The notes below the pieces were generated by a model. That model was not told the origin of the DNA. It saw only the letters and a list, made by a program, of their open reading frames with translations, and made no database searches. From Actinomycetes bacterium (lineage in GTDB: Bacteria > Actinomycetota > Acidimicrobiia > Acidimicrobiales > Bog-793), in the NCBI GenBank assembly GCA_021796545.1, contig JAKABX010000003.1:1-51946 (forward strand): 51,946 nt of DNA, in the 5' to 3' direction. Below, in pieces: positions 1-9,373 of the stretch (position 1 is the first letter of the stretch; every line of letters starts with the position of its first letter). Both the position numbers and the translations under genes were made by a program.

Positions 1-48
1 CGCCAGCGCGAGGGCGCCGACCAAGCGGATCGGTGCCGCCTTCCGCAT
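1..48 (-). CDS. Possible 5' end of a gene running off the left edge (signal-peptide-like N-terminus)
   Basis: ATG at 48 reads MRKAAPIRLVGALALA..., basic then hydrophobic; downstream of and co-oriented with surE. Only 16 codons visible. Confidence 0.3.
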   Translation of the reverse strand, partial: MRKAAPIRLVGALALA

Positions 49-107
49 CCCGAGAGCCTGCCACGCCAGAAGCCGCAGCGCTCGACGCTGCGCCCGTTGG
101 CGGCGGC

Positions 108-896
108 TCAGGGCGCGCCGGGCGCGGCGTCGAGCAGCGCCTGCTCGATTGTCGCAAGCGCGCCGGCAAAGCGAGCGGCGACGGCGGTGTCCGCGCCTGG
201 GGCGCGCAGTGCGCTCAGCGTCGCGTACCCCGCGTCGGTGAGAGCCTCGTCGGTCCCGCTGTCGTTGGCCTGGCCGCGTCGGAAGCGGACCTCGAGGGCT
301 TCGCCGTCGACGAGCGCGCCGGCGATGAGCGGCGCGTTGCCGAGCCGTGCCCAGCGCACACCCCGCACCGCACCCGCCGGGACGGCCGGGAGGTTGCAGT
401 TCAGCGCTGTGGGGGCGAGCTCGCGTGCGAGGGGCAGCAGCCGACGGGCGAGGAAGACGGCGTCGTCGTAGACGAGGGGGATCCCCGGCCGCATCTGCAC
501 CGAGACCGCGAGTGCGGCGAGGCCGTGCTGCGCGGCAGTGAGCACGGCGCCGAGGGTGCCCGAGTGCAGCACGGAGCGCCCGACGTTGCGCCCGTCGTTG
601 ACCCCTGCCACCACGGCGTCGGGCAGGGGCCCGAAGGCGCCCGCGCACGCCGCGGCGACGCAGAGCGCCGGCAGCGCCTCGAGGCTGTAGGCGCGCCGAC
701 CGGCGACGTTGGTCTCGACGCAGCGGAAGCGCTCGCGTGCCTCGCGGCGCTGGGCGCCCGTCGCGGCTGCCGCGCCGCTCGCATCCCGGTGCGGGGCGAC
801 CACGACGACGTCGTGGCCCTCGGCGGTGAGCCCGCCGGCGAGCGCGGCAAGCCCCGGCGCGGCGATCCCGTCGTCGTTGGTCACGAGCACCCGCAT
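108..896 (-). CDS. surE: 5'/3'-nucleotidase SurE family
   Basis: MRVLVTNDDG N-terminal motif, APxxDASG, GVNDGRNVGRSVLHSGT; C-terminal part of ORF 108..1988. Confidence 0.9.
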   Translation of the reverse strand: MRVLVTNDDGIAAPGLAALAGGLTAEGHDVVVVAPHRDASGAAAATGAQRREARERFRCVETNVAGRRAYSLEALPALCVAAACAGAFGPLPDAVVAGVNDGRNVGRSVLHSGTLGAVLTAAQHGLAALAVSVQMRPGIPLVYDDAVFLARRLLPLARELAPTALNCNLPAVPAGAVRGVRWARLGNAPLIAGALVDGEALEVRFRRGQANDSGTDEALTDAGYATLSALRAPGADTAVAARFAGALATIEQALLDAAPGAP

Positions 897-959
897 GGGT
901 CCCTCCCGCGTCCTGCACCGCCCCGCGGCGCCGCCGCAGCGGAACGTACGATACCGTCC

Positions 960-1901
960 ATGCCTTCGCCGACGGGTGACCAGTTCCGCCTCGTCCTCGG
1001 CGCCCAGGAGGCCGTCGTGACCGAGGTCGGGGCGGCGCTTCGCAGCTACAAGATCGGGGGAACGCCGATCTGCTGGGGCTTCGCGGAGGACGAGATGCCC
1101 CATGGCGGCCAGGGCCAGGTGCTCGCGCCCTGGCCGAACCGGATCGCGAGCGGCCGCTACGTCTTTGGCGACACGGTCGGACGTGCAGCGATCGACGAGC
1201 CCGCCTTCGACAACGCGATCCACGGCCTCGTGCGCTGGATGACCTTTCGACCCGTCGCGCTCGAGCCCGACGTGCTGCGACTCGAGACGCTCCTGCACCC
1301 CCAGCCGGCCTACCCCTTCGACCTCCTGCTCAGCGTCGAGTACCGCCTCGTCGCCGACGGCTGCGAGGTGACCACCGAGGCGCGCAACCTCGGCGACCGC
1401 CCCGCACCCTTCGGCCTCGGTTTCCATGACTACCTGGACGCGGGACCAGGGGCGGTGGACGGGGCCGAGCTCGACGTGCGCGCGCGAACCCGTCTGCTGC
1501 TCGACGGTCGCAGGCTTCCCGTCGGTGAGGAGACCGTCGCGGGCACGCCCTTCGCGGCGATCTCCCCGCACGGCTCGTGCCGTCGACCGATCGGGGCGCT
1601 GCGCCTCGACGACTGCTTCGGCGATCTCGAGCGAGATGCCGAGGACATCTGGCACGCGACCTTCGTGCGGGGCGGGGGGCCGCTCGACACGATCGAGGTG
1701 TGGGCCGACGGCTCTTTTTCCTGGGCGATGGTCTACAGCGGCGACACCCTGGCGCCGGCGGCGCGCCGGCGGGCGCTCGCGATCGAGCCGATGACCTGCC
1801 CGCCGAACGCCTTCCGCACGGGGCGAGACCTGATCGTGCTCGAGCCCGGCGCGACCTTCCGCGGGCGCTGGGGCATCCGCCTCCCCCGGCTTCAGCGTTA
1901 G
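960..1901 (+). CDS. Aldose 1-epimerase (galactose mutarotase) family protein
   Basis: GQVLAPWPNRI, NAIHGLVRW, PFGLGFHDY, AIEPMTCPPNAF motifs; TACGAT -10 box 7 nt before the ATG. Confidence 0.9.
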   Translation: MPSPTGDQFRLVLGAQEAVVTEVGAALRSYKIGGTPICWGFAEDEMPHGGQGQVLAPWPNRIASGRYVFGDTVGRAAIDEPAFDNAIHGLVRWMTFRPVALEPDVLRLETLLHPQPAYPFDLLLSVEYRLVADGCEVTTEARNLGDRPAPFGLGFHDYLDAGPGAVDGAELDVRARTRLLLDGRRLPVGEETVAGTPFAAISPHGSCRRPIGALRLDDCFGDLERDAEDIWHATFVRGGGPLDTIEVWADGSFSWAMVYSGDTLAPAARRRALAIEPMTCPPNAFRTGRDLIVLEPGATFRGRWGIRLPRLQR

Positions 1902-2249
1902 GGTCGCGGGGAGCCGGCACCGGCACCTCGGTTCTCGGCCAGGGCACCGCCGAGGATCCTTGCCACCCGCCGGGGTCTCACCGCCCACGTGCCTGGCGAC
2001 GGCACCCGTGCGTGCGGCGCGCCGATCGGGGAGCGCCGCGCGAAGCGTCGCCGGTCCCGACAGGCGCGGCGCTGGCGGCTCGTGAGGAGGAGACCTTGCT
2101 CAGCCGCGCGGCGCCGAGGCCGTCGTCAGGGACCGAGCGCCCGTGATGCGCCGCTCGGCCGTCGCTGGCGCGCGGCCGGTCTCGGAGCCCCCGGGCGCCG
2201 CCCCCAGCGCTCCTGCGCCCCGAGGCGCGTGCCGGACGACTGAGCGGGG

Positions 2250-2996
2250 AAGGGTCGATGCCAGCCTCGAAGCGAAGATCTGCCACGCGAAAAGGCTCTT
2301 TGCCACAAGGGAGAGCGTCACGTACGCCCGCTCGCCGACCAGGTCGTTGCGCCGGCGACCGACCTGTCGGTATTGGAGCCACTGGTTGAGGGCGAAGTCG
2401 TTGAAGGCCACGAACAACGACCCGAAGATGGCGTAGACGAAGCCCGGTGGGTGAAGGGAGGCTCCCGGGCCGGCGAGGTAGGTCCCGATCGCCGCCCAGG
2501 GGACGATGCCGGCCAGACAGCCTAGAAAGAACGGTCGAGGCTCCCGCCGCGTGACTCGTTGGGTTCCTGAAGCCACCCGAAAGCGGTCATCGCGGCGTTG
2601 ATGCCGACGAGCGCAACGAGTGCGGCGATGTCGTCGATGCCGACGAGCACGATCATGATCGACGCGCTGAGCGAGTGCCCGAGCCAGCGGTAGAGATTGC
2701 GGTGCTTGGCCAATTGTTTCCGCGACGAGCTCCACGCCGGGCCGGCGACGACGAGACGGGCGACCGCCGACAGGGCGAAGAAGGCGGCAATTCCCGAGGA
2801 GAAGTTGAGGTTGAACAGCGTGACGGTCTGCGTGCCGATGCCCGGCTCCGGGGGGGTCGCTCGTGTAGGTGGCGCGCACGGGGAGAGAGAATCGGTTGGC
2901 GAGAAAAACGACGGCGAGGGCCTGAGCGCCGTGGAGAGGGCCGGCGCCGAGGTCGCAGGGGCGGAGCCTCGCCACCGAGAGCGGATCACCGGCCAT
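2250..2996 (-). pseudogene. Heliorhodopsin, frameshifted and degenerate
   Basis: Stitching two frames gives LHGAQALAVVFLANRFSLPV / NLYRWLGHSLSASIMIVL / FGWLQE / PFFLGCLAGIVPW / PGFVYAIFGSLF / QWLQY / GERAYVTLSLVAKSLFAWQIF, i.e. the heliorhodopsin helices with the SLVAK retinal-lysine motif. Frameshifts near 2850 and 2540. The 3' end is approximate (the frame stays open to 2100). Confidence 0.9.
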
Positions 2997-3777
2997 CGCG
3001 CACCTACACGTCCCCTTCGAGTCTGCGCCGAGGGCCGAAGGCGCTTTGCTGTTCCTCGCTGCGGCCACGCGGCGGTCCCCCCTGCTCTGCCCGAGGCGCC
3101 GGCACGCTGTCCGGGAGACCGCGCGCCGGCCGGTCGCGCGAAGGGGCCGGCGCTCGGTTCGACGTCCGGTCGCGCGCCGCGCCGGCCAGACCCTCGGCGC
3201 ACTCACGGGGGTACGGCACGCGTGGGCGTGGCGCCGCGGCGCGGCCGGCGTCGCCGCGAGCACTGCGTGCCGGCCTGTCCCCGCCTCGGGGTGCTGCTGG
3301 TGCCGTCCAGTCGGAGGCGTCGTCGGCCGAGCAACCGTTGCGGCGATCCCACGGCCCGAGCCCTCTCCGCGCCGAGCGCCGGGCGCGACGCGGCGTCGAT
3401 CAACCGGGGTGTCGGGACCGAACCGGCGTCCTGCCGATCTGCCCGTGCCGGCTGCGCGCGGGCGAGGGACGCCCGGCACCGCACCTCTCCGGCGCGCCAT
3501 GGCCGCCCGACGGTGCTTGGACCGCCGCGGCCCTTGGCGCACCGGCGCGTTCGCGCTCGCCACGACGAGGTCGGCTGCCCGGTTCCAGGAGGACTGCTCG
3601 AGGCAGGGCCGCGCGGGTCGTTCGCGTCGGCGCGGACCGTGCTCGCAGCACGGTCGGTTGCCTGCGGATTCGAGCGACGCCGTCCGGGTCATCGCGGCCC
3701 GGGTCCGCGCGTCGCGCCGTCGCCCCTCGGTTGAGGCCGGACCTCACTCGCCGCCGGGGCGCAACGCGCCATGGCGC

Positions 3778-6126
3778 TCACGCGTCGGCGAGGACCTCGC
3801 GCAGGCGGGCGCGCAACGCCTGCGCGGACGGCGCGGTCGCAGAGAGCTTCGTCCCTGAGGCGTCGCGCACGTAGAAGACGTCGACGACCTCGTGGCCAAG
3901 GGTATCGACGAGCGCGGCCACGACGTCGCAGCCGGCGTCCGCGAGCACCATCGCGACGCGGTGCAGAAGGCCCGGGTGGTCCGGTCCGCGTACCTCGAGG
4001 ATCGTCGCCCGCGCCGAGGTCCGGTCGTCGAGGCGCACGCTCACCTGCGCCGCATCCGCCGAGCGGGGGCGCCGGCCGCGTTCGTAGGTCGCACCGTGCT
4101 CGTCGAGGCGGTCCGCGAGCGGCACCTGCCCGTTGAGCGCGGCGGCTACCTCCTTCTCGACGATCTCCCAGTCGGGCGCCTCGCCGAAGCTGTAGGCGAC
4201 GTCGAAGGCCTCGACGGCCATCTGGCCGGGTGCCTCGCCGAGGCGTGCACGCAGCACGTTGCACCCGTGCAGCGCCAGGACCCCCGTGACCGCTGCGAGC
4301 AGACCGGGCCGGTCGGGCGCGACGACGAAGACGTGCCGCCCGCTCGCGACGAGCCCGAGGCGCCCGGCTTGGAGCGCGTCCGCGAGCGCGGCCGGAGCGA
4401 CGGGCGCCGAGGGGGAGGGAAGCTCCTCGCCGTCGAGCACGCGCCCGACGCGCCCGACGAGCTCGTGGACGAGCTCGGACTTCCACGGGCTCCACGCGGC
4501 CTGACCGGTCGCGTGGCCGTCGGCCTCGGCGAGGGCTGCGAGCAGAACGAGGGTGCGGCGGTCCTCGACGATGCGGGCGACGACGCCCGCGGTCGAGGGG
4601 TCGTGGAGGTCGCGGCGGGTCGCGAACTCGGGGAGGACGAGGTGGTACGCGACGAGGCGGCCGAGGACCGCGCCGTCGAGCTCGTCGAGGCCGATGCGTC
4701 GCGCCACGTTCTCGGCGATCTCGCGTCCGACCTCGCTGTGGTCGCCCGGGAAGCCCTTGCCGATGTCGTGGAGGAGCGCGCCGATGACGAGAAGATCGGG
4801 CCGGTCCACCCGAGGGAGGTGCGCGGCCGCATCGGCGACGCACTCGAGGAGGTGCCGGTCGACGGTGAAGCGGTGGTAGGCGTTGCGCTGCGGGCGGTTG
4901 CGGACGGCCCGCCACTCCGGGAGGAACAGCTCGAACAGCCGCCGTCGGTCGAGGGCCTCGACGGCACGGACGAGCGCGTGCCCGGTCGAGAGCAGGGCGA
5001 CGAACTGCTCGCGAACCTCGGCCGGCCATGGCTCGGGGGGGCGGTGCAAGCCACGGGCGAGGCGGTCAAGGGATGCCGCCTCGATGAGCAGGTGCCGCTC
5101 GGCTGCGACGCGCGCGAGGCGAAGTGCCAGGGACGGGTCGGCCCGCAGGTCCGCGTCGTCGGTCAGGCAGGCCTCGCCCTCGCGGACGACGATGCCGGGC
5201 TCGATCGGGACGCTCGCGTCGGGCTTCCCGCCGCGTCGGAATGCGACGCGGACCCGGTGCCAGCCCGCGTCGAGGGCGGCGGCGATCGTTCGGCCCGCCT
5301 CGGCGAGCGCGGCCATCAGCGCGTCGGCGTCGGCGAAGCGCAGCAGGGCGGCCACCTGGTCCTGCTCCTGCAGGGCGAGCCGGTCACCGAGGGCTCCGGT
5401 CCGGCACTGCAGCGCGACGCGGGTCCGGGTGATGAGCGCCTCCGCGTCCTGCAGCGCCGCGTCATCCGCCTCGTGGGCACCCGTGTCGAGCGCCACCCGG
5501 ATCGCCCGGACCGCCGCCGCGTCGCGCAGGCCGCCGGCGGACTGCTTGAGGTCGGGCTCGAGGAGGAACGCGAGCTCGCCGGCGCTCTCGTGGCGTGCCG
5601 CGACGCTCTCGTGGAGACGCTCGCACCAACGCAAGGCGTCACGGCGCCAGATCGCCTCGGCGTCGGCGCGCACACCCGCCGCGAGTGCCGCGTCGCCCGC
5701 GACGAGGCGCGCGTCGAGAAGACCGAGGAGGGCCTTCAGGTCCTCGCGCGCGACGCCGGCGGCCTCTGCTCGGGTGCGGACGCTGTGGTCGAGGCGCAGG
5801 CCTTCGTCCCAGAGCGCGTACCAGATGGCCTGGGCGACGTCGCGGTAGTTGCGACGCCCCCGGTGGACGAGAACGAGATCGAGGTCGCTGCCCGGGCAGA
5901 GCGCGTCCCGGCCGTAGCCGCCGACGGCGATGAGCGCGTAGCCGCCCTGGCGTGCCTTGGTCGCTTGCGCGAAGAGCGCGCGCAGGTGCGCGTCCGCCGC
6001 GGCCGCGTAGGCCGCGGGATAGGCCCCGGGGTCGAGACGCCCCTCGAGCACTGCGGCGGCGAGCTCGTCGCGCCGCCGCCGAAGCGACGGGCGCGCGCCC
6101 TCCGCCGCTTCAAGGTCCGCCGACAT
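3778..6126 (-). CDS. glnD: [Protein-PII] uridylyl/adenylyltransferase GlnD
   Basis: AVGGYGR...SDLDL nucleotidyltransferase motif, EPDLKxxxGGLRD, HRFTVDRH and LLHDIGKG HD domain, two ACT domains (PDRPGLL, DHPGLL...DVFYV). ATG 6126 has TACGGT 7 nt upstream. Confidence 0.95.
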   Translation of the reverse strand: MSADLEAAEGARPSLRRRRDELAAAVLEGRLDPGAYPAAYAAAADAHLRALFAQATKARQGGYALIAVGGYGRDALCPGSDLDLVLVHRGRRNYRDVAQAIWYALWDEGLRLDHSVRTRAEAAGVAREDLKALLGLLDARLVAGDAALAAGVRADAEAIWRRDALRWCERLHESVAARHESAGELAFLLEPDLKQSAGGLRDAAAVRAIRVALDTGAHEADDAALQDAEALITRTRVALQCRTGALGDRLALQEQDQVAALLRFADADALMAALAEAGRTIAAALDAGWHRVRVAFRRGGKPDASVPIEPGIVVREGEACLTDDADLRADPSLALRLARVAAERHLLIEAASLDRLARGLHRPPEPWPAEVREQFVALLSTGHALVRAVEALDRRRLFELFLPEWRAVRNRPQRNAYHRFTVDRHLLECVADAAAHLPRVDRPDLLVIGALLHDIGKGFPGDHSEVGREIAENVARRIGLDELDGAVLGRLVAYHLVLPEFATRRDLHDPSTAGVVARIVEDRRTLVLLAALAEADGHATGQAAWSPWKSELVHELVGRVGRVLDGEELPSPSAPVAPAALADALQAGRLGLVASGRHVFVVAPDRPGLLAAVTGVLALHGCNVLRARLGEAPGQMAVEAFDVAYSFGEAPDWEIVEKEVAAALNGQVPLADRLDEHGATYERGRRPRSADAAQVSVRLDDRTSARATILEVRGPDHPGLLHRVAMVLADAGCDVVAALVDTLGHEVVDVFYVRDASGTKLSATAPSAQALRARLREVLADA

Positions 6127-6161
6127 TCCCGCCACCGTAGAGGCCTGGCGCCCGGCTGCGT

Positions 6162-6620
6162 CTAGCAGGCCGCCGCGCGGCAGCGCCGGCAGCGCCCGAC
6201 GAGCTCGAGGCGGTGCTCGGTCACCTCGAAGCCGTTCGCCTCGGCGATGAGCCGCGCCGTCTCGGCCAGGGCGGCTTCGAGGCGGGGGGAGGTTGCGGCG
6301 TCGATGACGAGTCCGCAGCTCTCGCAGACGACGTGGTGGTGATGGTCGCCGCTCAGCGCCTCGGAGAGCTCGAAGCGTGCGAAGCCGTCGGGGCCGCTTA
6401 CGCGCCGCACGACGTCCGCGTCGGCGAGCACGGCGAGGTTGCGGTAGGCCGTCGACTGGGGGAGGTCCCGGGTCGCCGCAAGCAACTCGGCGATTGTCGC
6501 CGGGCGCCCGAGACCGGCGAGCGCGTGCACGATCTCGCGGCGCTGGCCCGTGTAGCGCTGCTCACGGGTCGCGAGCAGGAGGCGCACCTCGCCGTCCAGC
6601 GCCGCTGCCGCGCGTTCCAT
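6162..6620 (-). CDS. Fur-family metalloregulator, probably Zur
   Basis: RYTGQR, STAYRNL, HHHHVVCESCG and GRCRRC motifs; divergent from a metal ABC operon. Confidence 0.9.
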   Translation of the reverse strand: MERAAAALDGEVRLLLATREQRYTGQRREIVHALAGLGRPATIAELLAATRDLPQSTAYRNLAVLADADVVRRVSGPDGFARFELSEALSGDHHHHVVCESCGLVIDAATSPRLEAALAETARLIAEANGFEVTEHRLELVGRCRRCRAAAC

Positions 6621-6660
6621 CGCCCTCAGCGTAACGACGCGACGGCGGCGCTTGGTAGAG

Positions 6661-6675
6661 TGAGAGTCATTCTCA
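6661..6675. promoter_or_regulatory. Fur/Zur box (7-1-7 inverted repeat)
   Basis: TGAGAGT-C-ATTCTCA (one mismatch), between a TAGAGT -10 (6656-6661) and the AGGAGG RBS (6679-6684) of the ABC operon; resembles the actinobacterial TGAAAATnATTTTCA-type box. Confidence 0.8.
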
Positions 6676-6688
6676 TTTAGGAGGCTCG

Positions 6689-7645
6689 ATGCATCACATC
6701 CGGCGCCCGCGCGCCCGGCTCGCCGCCGCGCTGGCTGTCGCCGCGCTCGCGGGCGCGCTCGCCGTGCCGTTCGGGCTCGCTGCGGGCGCGCTCGCGCCCG
6801 CAGCCGCGCACCGCGCACCGGCGCACCTCGTCGTCGTCGGCGCGGAGAGCCAGTACGCGTCGCTCCTCGGGGTGATCGGTGGCGCACAGGTGCGCGCGAC
6901 GGCGGTGATGAGCAACCCGGACGTCGACCCCCACAGCTTCGAGGCCAGCCCGAGCGTCGCGCGCCTGATCGCGTCGGCGGCCCTCGTCGTCCAGAACGGC
7001 CTCGGCTACGACAGCTTCATGAACCGCCTCGAGGCGGCGTCACCGAGCAGGACGCGCCGGGTGATCACGGTCCAGAACGTCCTGCACCTGCCCGCGAGCA
7101 CCCGGAACCCGCATCTTTGGTACCGGCTCGACACGATGCCGGCGGTCGCCGCCGCGATCGCGAAGGATCTCGGTCGACTCGATCCGCGCCACGCGCGCCT
7201 GTTCCGCCTGCGTGCGCAGGGCTTCGACCAGAGCTTCGCCGCCGTCACCGCCGCGGCGCGGGCACTGCGCCGCCGTGCGCACCACGCACCGGTGGCGACC
7301 ACCGAGCCGGTCGCGGACGACCTGCTCGCCGCGCTCGGGCTGAGGAATCGCACCCCCTGGTCGCTGCAGGCCGACGTCATGAACGGCGTTGATCCGGCGC
7401 CCCAGGACGTCGCGACCGAGCAGCAGCTGCTGAGCGGCGGGGAGGTCAAGGCCTTCCTCTACAACGCCCAGGTCACCGACTCGCTCACCGCGACCTTCGC
7501 CGCGCTCGCCCGCGCCCACCACGTCCCGGTCGTCGCGGTCTACGAGACGATGCCGCCGCACCACAGTGTCGTGAGCTGGATGCTCGACGAGATCCACGCC
7601 ATCGGCGCCGCGCTGTTCGCGCACCGTTCGACGAGGTCGCTGTGA
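6689..7645 (+). CDS. Zn/Mn ABC transporter solute-binding protein (ZnuA/TroA family)
   Basis: Signal peptide, DPHSFE, NGLGYD, NPHLWY; AGGAGG RBS. Confidence 0.92.
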   Translation: MHHIRRPRARLAAALAVAALAGALAVPFGLAAGALAPAAAHRAPAHLVVVGAESQYASLLGVIGGAQVRATAVMSNPDVDPHSFEASPSVARLIASAALVVQNGLGYDSFMNRLEAASPSRTRRVITVQNVLHLPASTRNPHLWYRLDTMPAVAAAIAKDLGRLDPRHARLFRLRAQGFDQSFAAVTAAARALRRRAHHAPVATTEPVADDLLAALGLRNRTPWSLQADVMNGVDPAPQDVATEQQLLSGGEVKAFLYNAQVTDSLTATFAALARAHHVPVVAVYETMPPHHSVVSWMLDEIHAIGAALFAHRSTRSL

Positions 7646-8481
7646 GCGCGCGCAGCGTCCCGGCGGCCCTCGGCGCGGACGTGGTCTGCGCGCTCGAGGG
7701 TGTCGGGGTCACCCGCGACGGGCGACGGGTGCTCGCGGGGGTGTCCTTCGCGCTGCGCGCCGGCGAGGTGGCCGGCCTGATCGGCGCCAACGGCGCCGGC
7801 AAGACGACGCTGCTCAAGGTCATTGTGGGCCTGCTCGCGCCGGACGCCGGCACGATCCGGCGCGCGACCGGGGGGGTCGGTTACGTGCCGCAGAAGGTCC
7901 TCCTCGACGCCGACCTGCCGTTGCGCGCCCGCGATGTGGTCGGGCTCGGCGTCGACGGGCAGCGCCCCGGGCTCACGCTGAGCCCGACGCGGCGGCGCGC
8001 GCGTCGCGCCGTCGTCGACGAGATGCTCGCGGCGGTCGACGCGACGGCCTTTGCCGAGGCGCGCGTCGGCGAGCTGTCCGGCGGCCAGCAGCAGCGCATC
8101 CTCATCGCCCAGGCGCTCGCGAGCCGGCCGCGCCTGCTGCTGCTGGACGAGCCGCTCGCCAACCTCGACCTGCGCGCCGAGCAGGACGTCGTCGCGCTCA
8201 TCGGCCGCGTCGCCCGCGAGCAGGGCGTCGGCGTCCTGCTGTCGGCCCATGACGTCAACCCACTGGTGTCGGTGATGGATCGCGTCGTCTACCTCGCGGG
8301 CGGGCGGGCGGCGTGCGGGCCGACCGCCGAGGTCGTGAGGAGCGAGGTGTTGAGCGCCCTGTACGGCAGCCGCGTCGACGTCGTCGAGGTCGGTGGCCGC
8401 ATCGTCGTCGTCGCGGCGACGACCGAGGACGCGCACGCGCACGAGACCGACCAGGCCGTCGCCTCGGGGTTGGCGACGTGA
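7642..8481 (+). CDS. Metal ABC transporter ATP-binding protein (ZnuC-like)
   Basis: GANGAGKTT, GYVPQ, LSGGQQQR, LLLDEP; GTGA overlap with the upstream gene. Confidence 0.93.
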   Translation: MSARSVPAALGADVVCALEGVGVTRDGRRVLAGVSFALRAGEVAGLIGANGAGKTTLLKVIVGLLAPDAGTIRRATGGVGYVPQKVLLDADLPLRARDVVGLGVDGQRPGLTLSPTRRRARRAVVDEMLAAVDATAFAEARVGELSGGQQQRILIAQALASRPRLLLLDEPLANLDLRAEQDVVALIGRVAREQGVGVLLSAHDVNPLVSVMDRVVYLAGGRAACGPTAEVVRSEVLSALYGSRVDVVEVGGRIVVVAATTEDAHAHETDQAVASGLAT

Positions 8482-9371
8482 GCCTCGGGGGCCTCATCGC
8501 GCCCGGCTTCTTCTCGAACGGGCCGGTGCGCGCGGCGCTGCTCACGGGCGGCGTCGTGGCGGTCGTCACGGCGGTCGTCGGCATCTTCACCGTGCTGCGC
8601 CGCCAGTCCTTCGCCGGCCACACCCTGGGGGAGGTCGGTACGACCGGCGGCTCCGCCGCGTTCCTCGCCGGTGTCAACCCGCTGTGGGGCTTCGTCGCGA
8701 TCGCGCTCGTCGCTGCGGGCGCGATCGAGCTCGTCGGCGTGCGCCGTCCCCGACAGCGCGACCTCGCGGCGGGGCTGGTTCTCGGAGCCGGGCTCGGGCT
8801 CGCTGCGCTCTTCCTGTACCTCGGCTCGGTCACCTCGCCGGCAAGCGGTGGCGCATCGACCTCCATCCTGTTCGGCTCCATCTTCATCATCGGGCCCTCG
8901 ATGGTGTCGAGCATCGTGGCCTTGAGCGCCGGCGCGCTCGCCCTGATCGCGCTCTGCGGCCGGCGCATGCTTCTCGTGTCGCTCCACCCCGATCTCGCGG
9001 CGAGCCGCGGTGTGCGCCTGCGGCTCGTGGGCGCGATCTACCTCCTCGCGCTCGCGATCGCGGTCTCACTCGCCGCCGAAACCATCGGCGCGGTGCTCGC
9101 GACGGCGCTGCTCGTCGGGCCGCCGGCGACGGCGCTGCGCCTCACGCGCCGCCCGGGCCGCGCGCTCGTCGCCGCAAGCCTCGTCGGGGTTGCGGCGGTC
9201 TGGCTCGGCATCCTCCTCTCCTACGACAGCTACACCTGGCCCCCCGCGGGCCGCACCTGGCCGGTGAGCTTCTTTGTCGTCGCCCTCGTCCTCGTCTTCT
9301 ACCTCGCCGCGCAACTGCCCGTAAGACGCCTGCGGGCGCGGCCACGGGCCCGCGCTCGGGGGGAGGTGTAG
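8478..9371 (+). CDS. Metal ABC transporter permease (ZnuB-like)
   Basis: Hydrophobic; VLRRQSFAGHTL, LFGSI, LLVGPPATA; GTGA overlap. Confidence 0.88.
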   Translation: MSLGGLIAPGFFSNGPVRAALLTGGVVAVVTAVVGIFTVLRRQSFAGHTLGEVGTTGGSAAFLAGVNPLWGFVAIALVAAGAIELVGVRRPRQRDLAAGLVLGAGLGLAALFLYLGSVTSPASGGASTSILFGSIFIIGPSMVSSIVALSAGALALIALCGRRMLLVSLHPDLAASRGVRLRLVGAIYLLALAIAVSLAAETIGAVLATALLVGPPATALRLTRRPGRALVAASLVGVAAVWLGILLSYDSYTWPPAGRTWPVSFFVVALVLVFYLAAQLPVRRLRARPRARARGEV

Positions 9372-9373
9372 CG

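Noticed and set aside
2850-2856. G7 run as a phase-variation switch for heliorhodopsin
   Set aside because: A second frameshift and loss of key residues mean that slippage here would not restore function.
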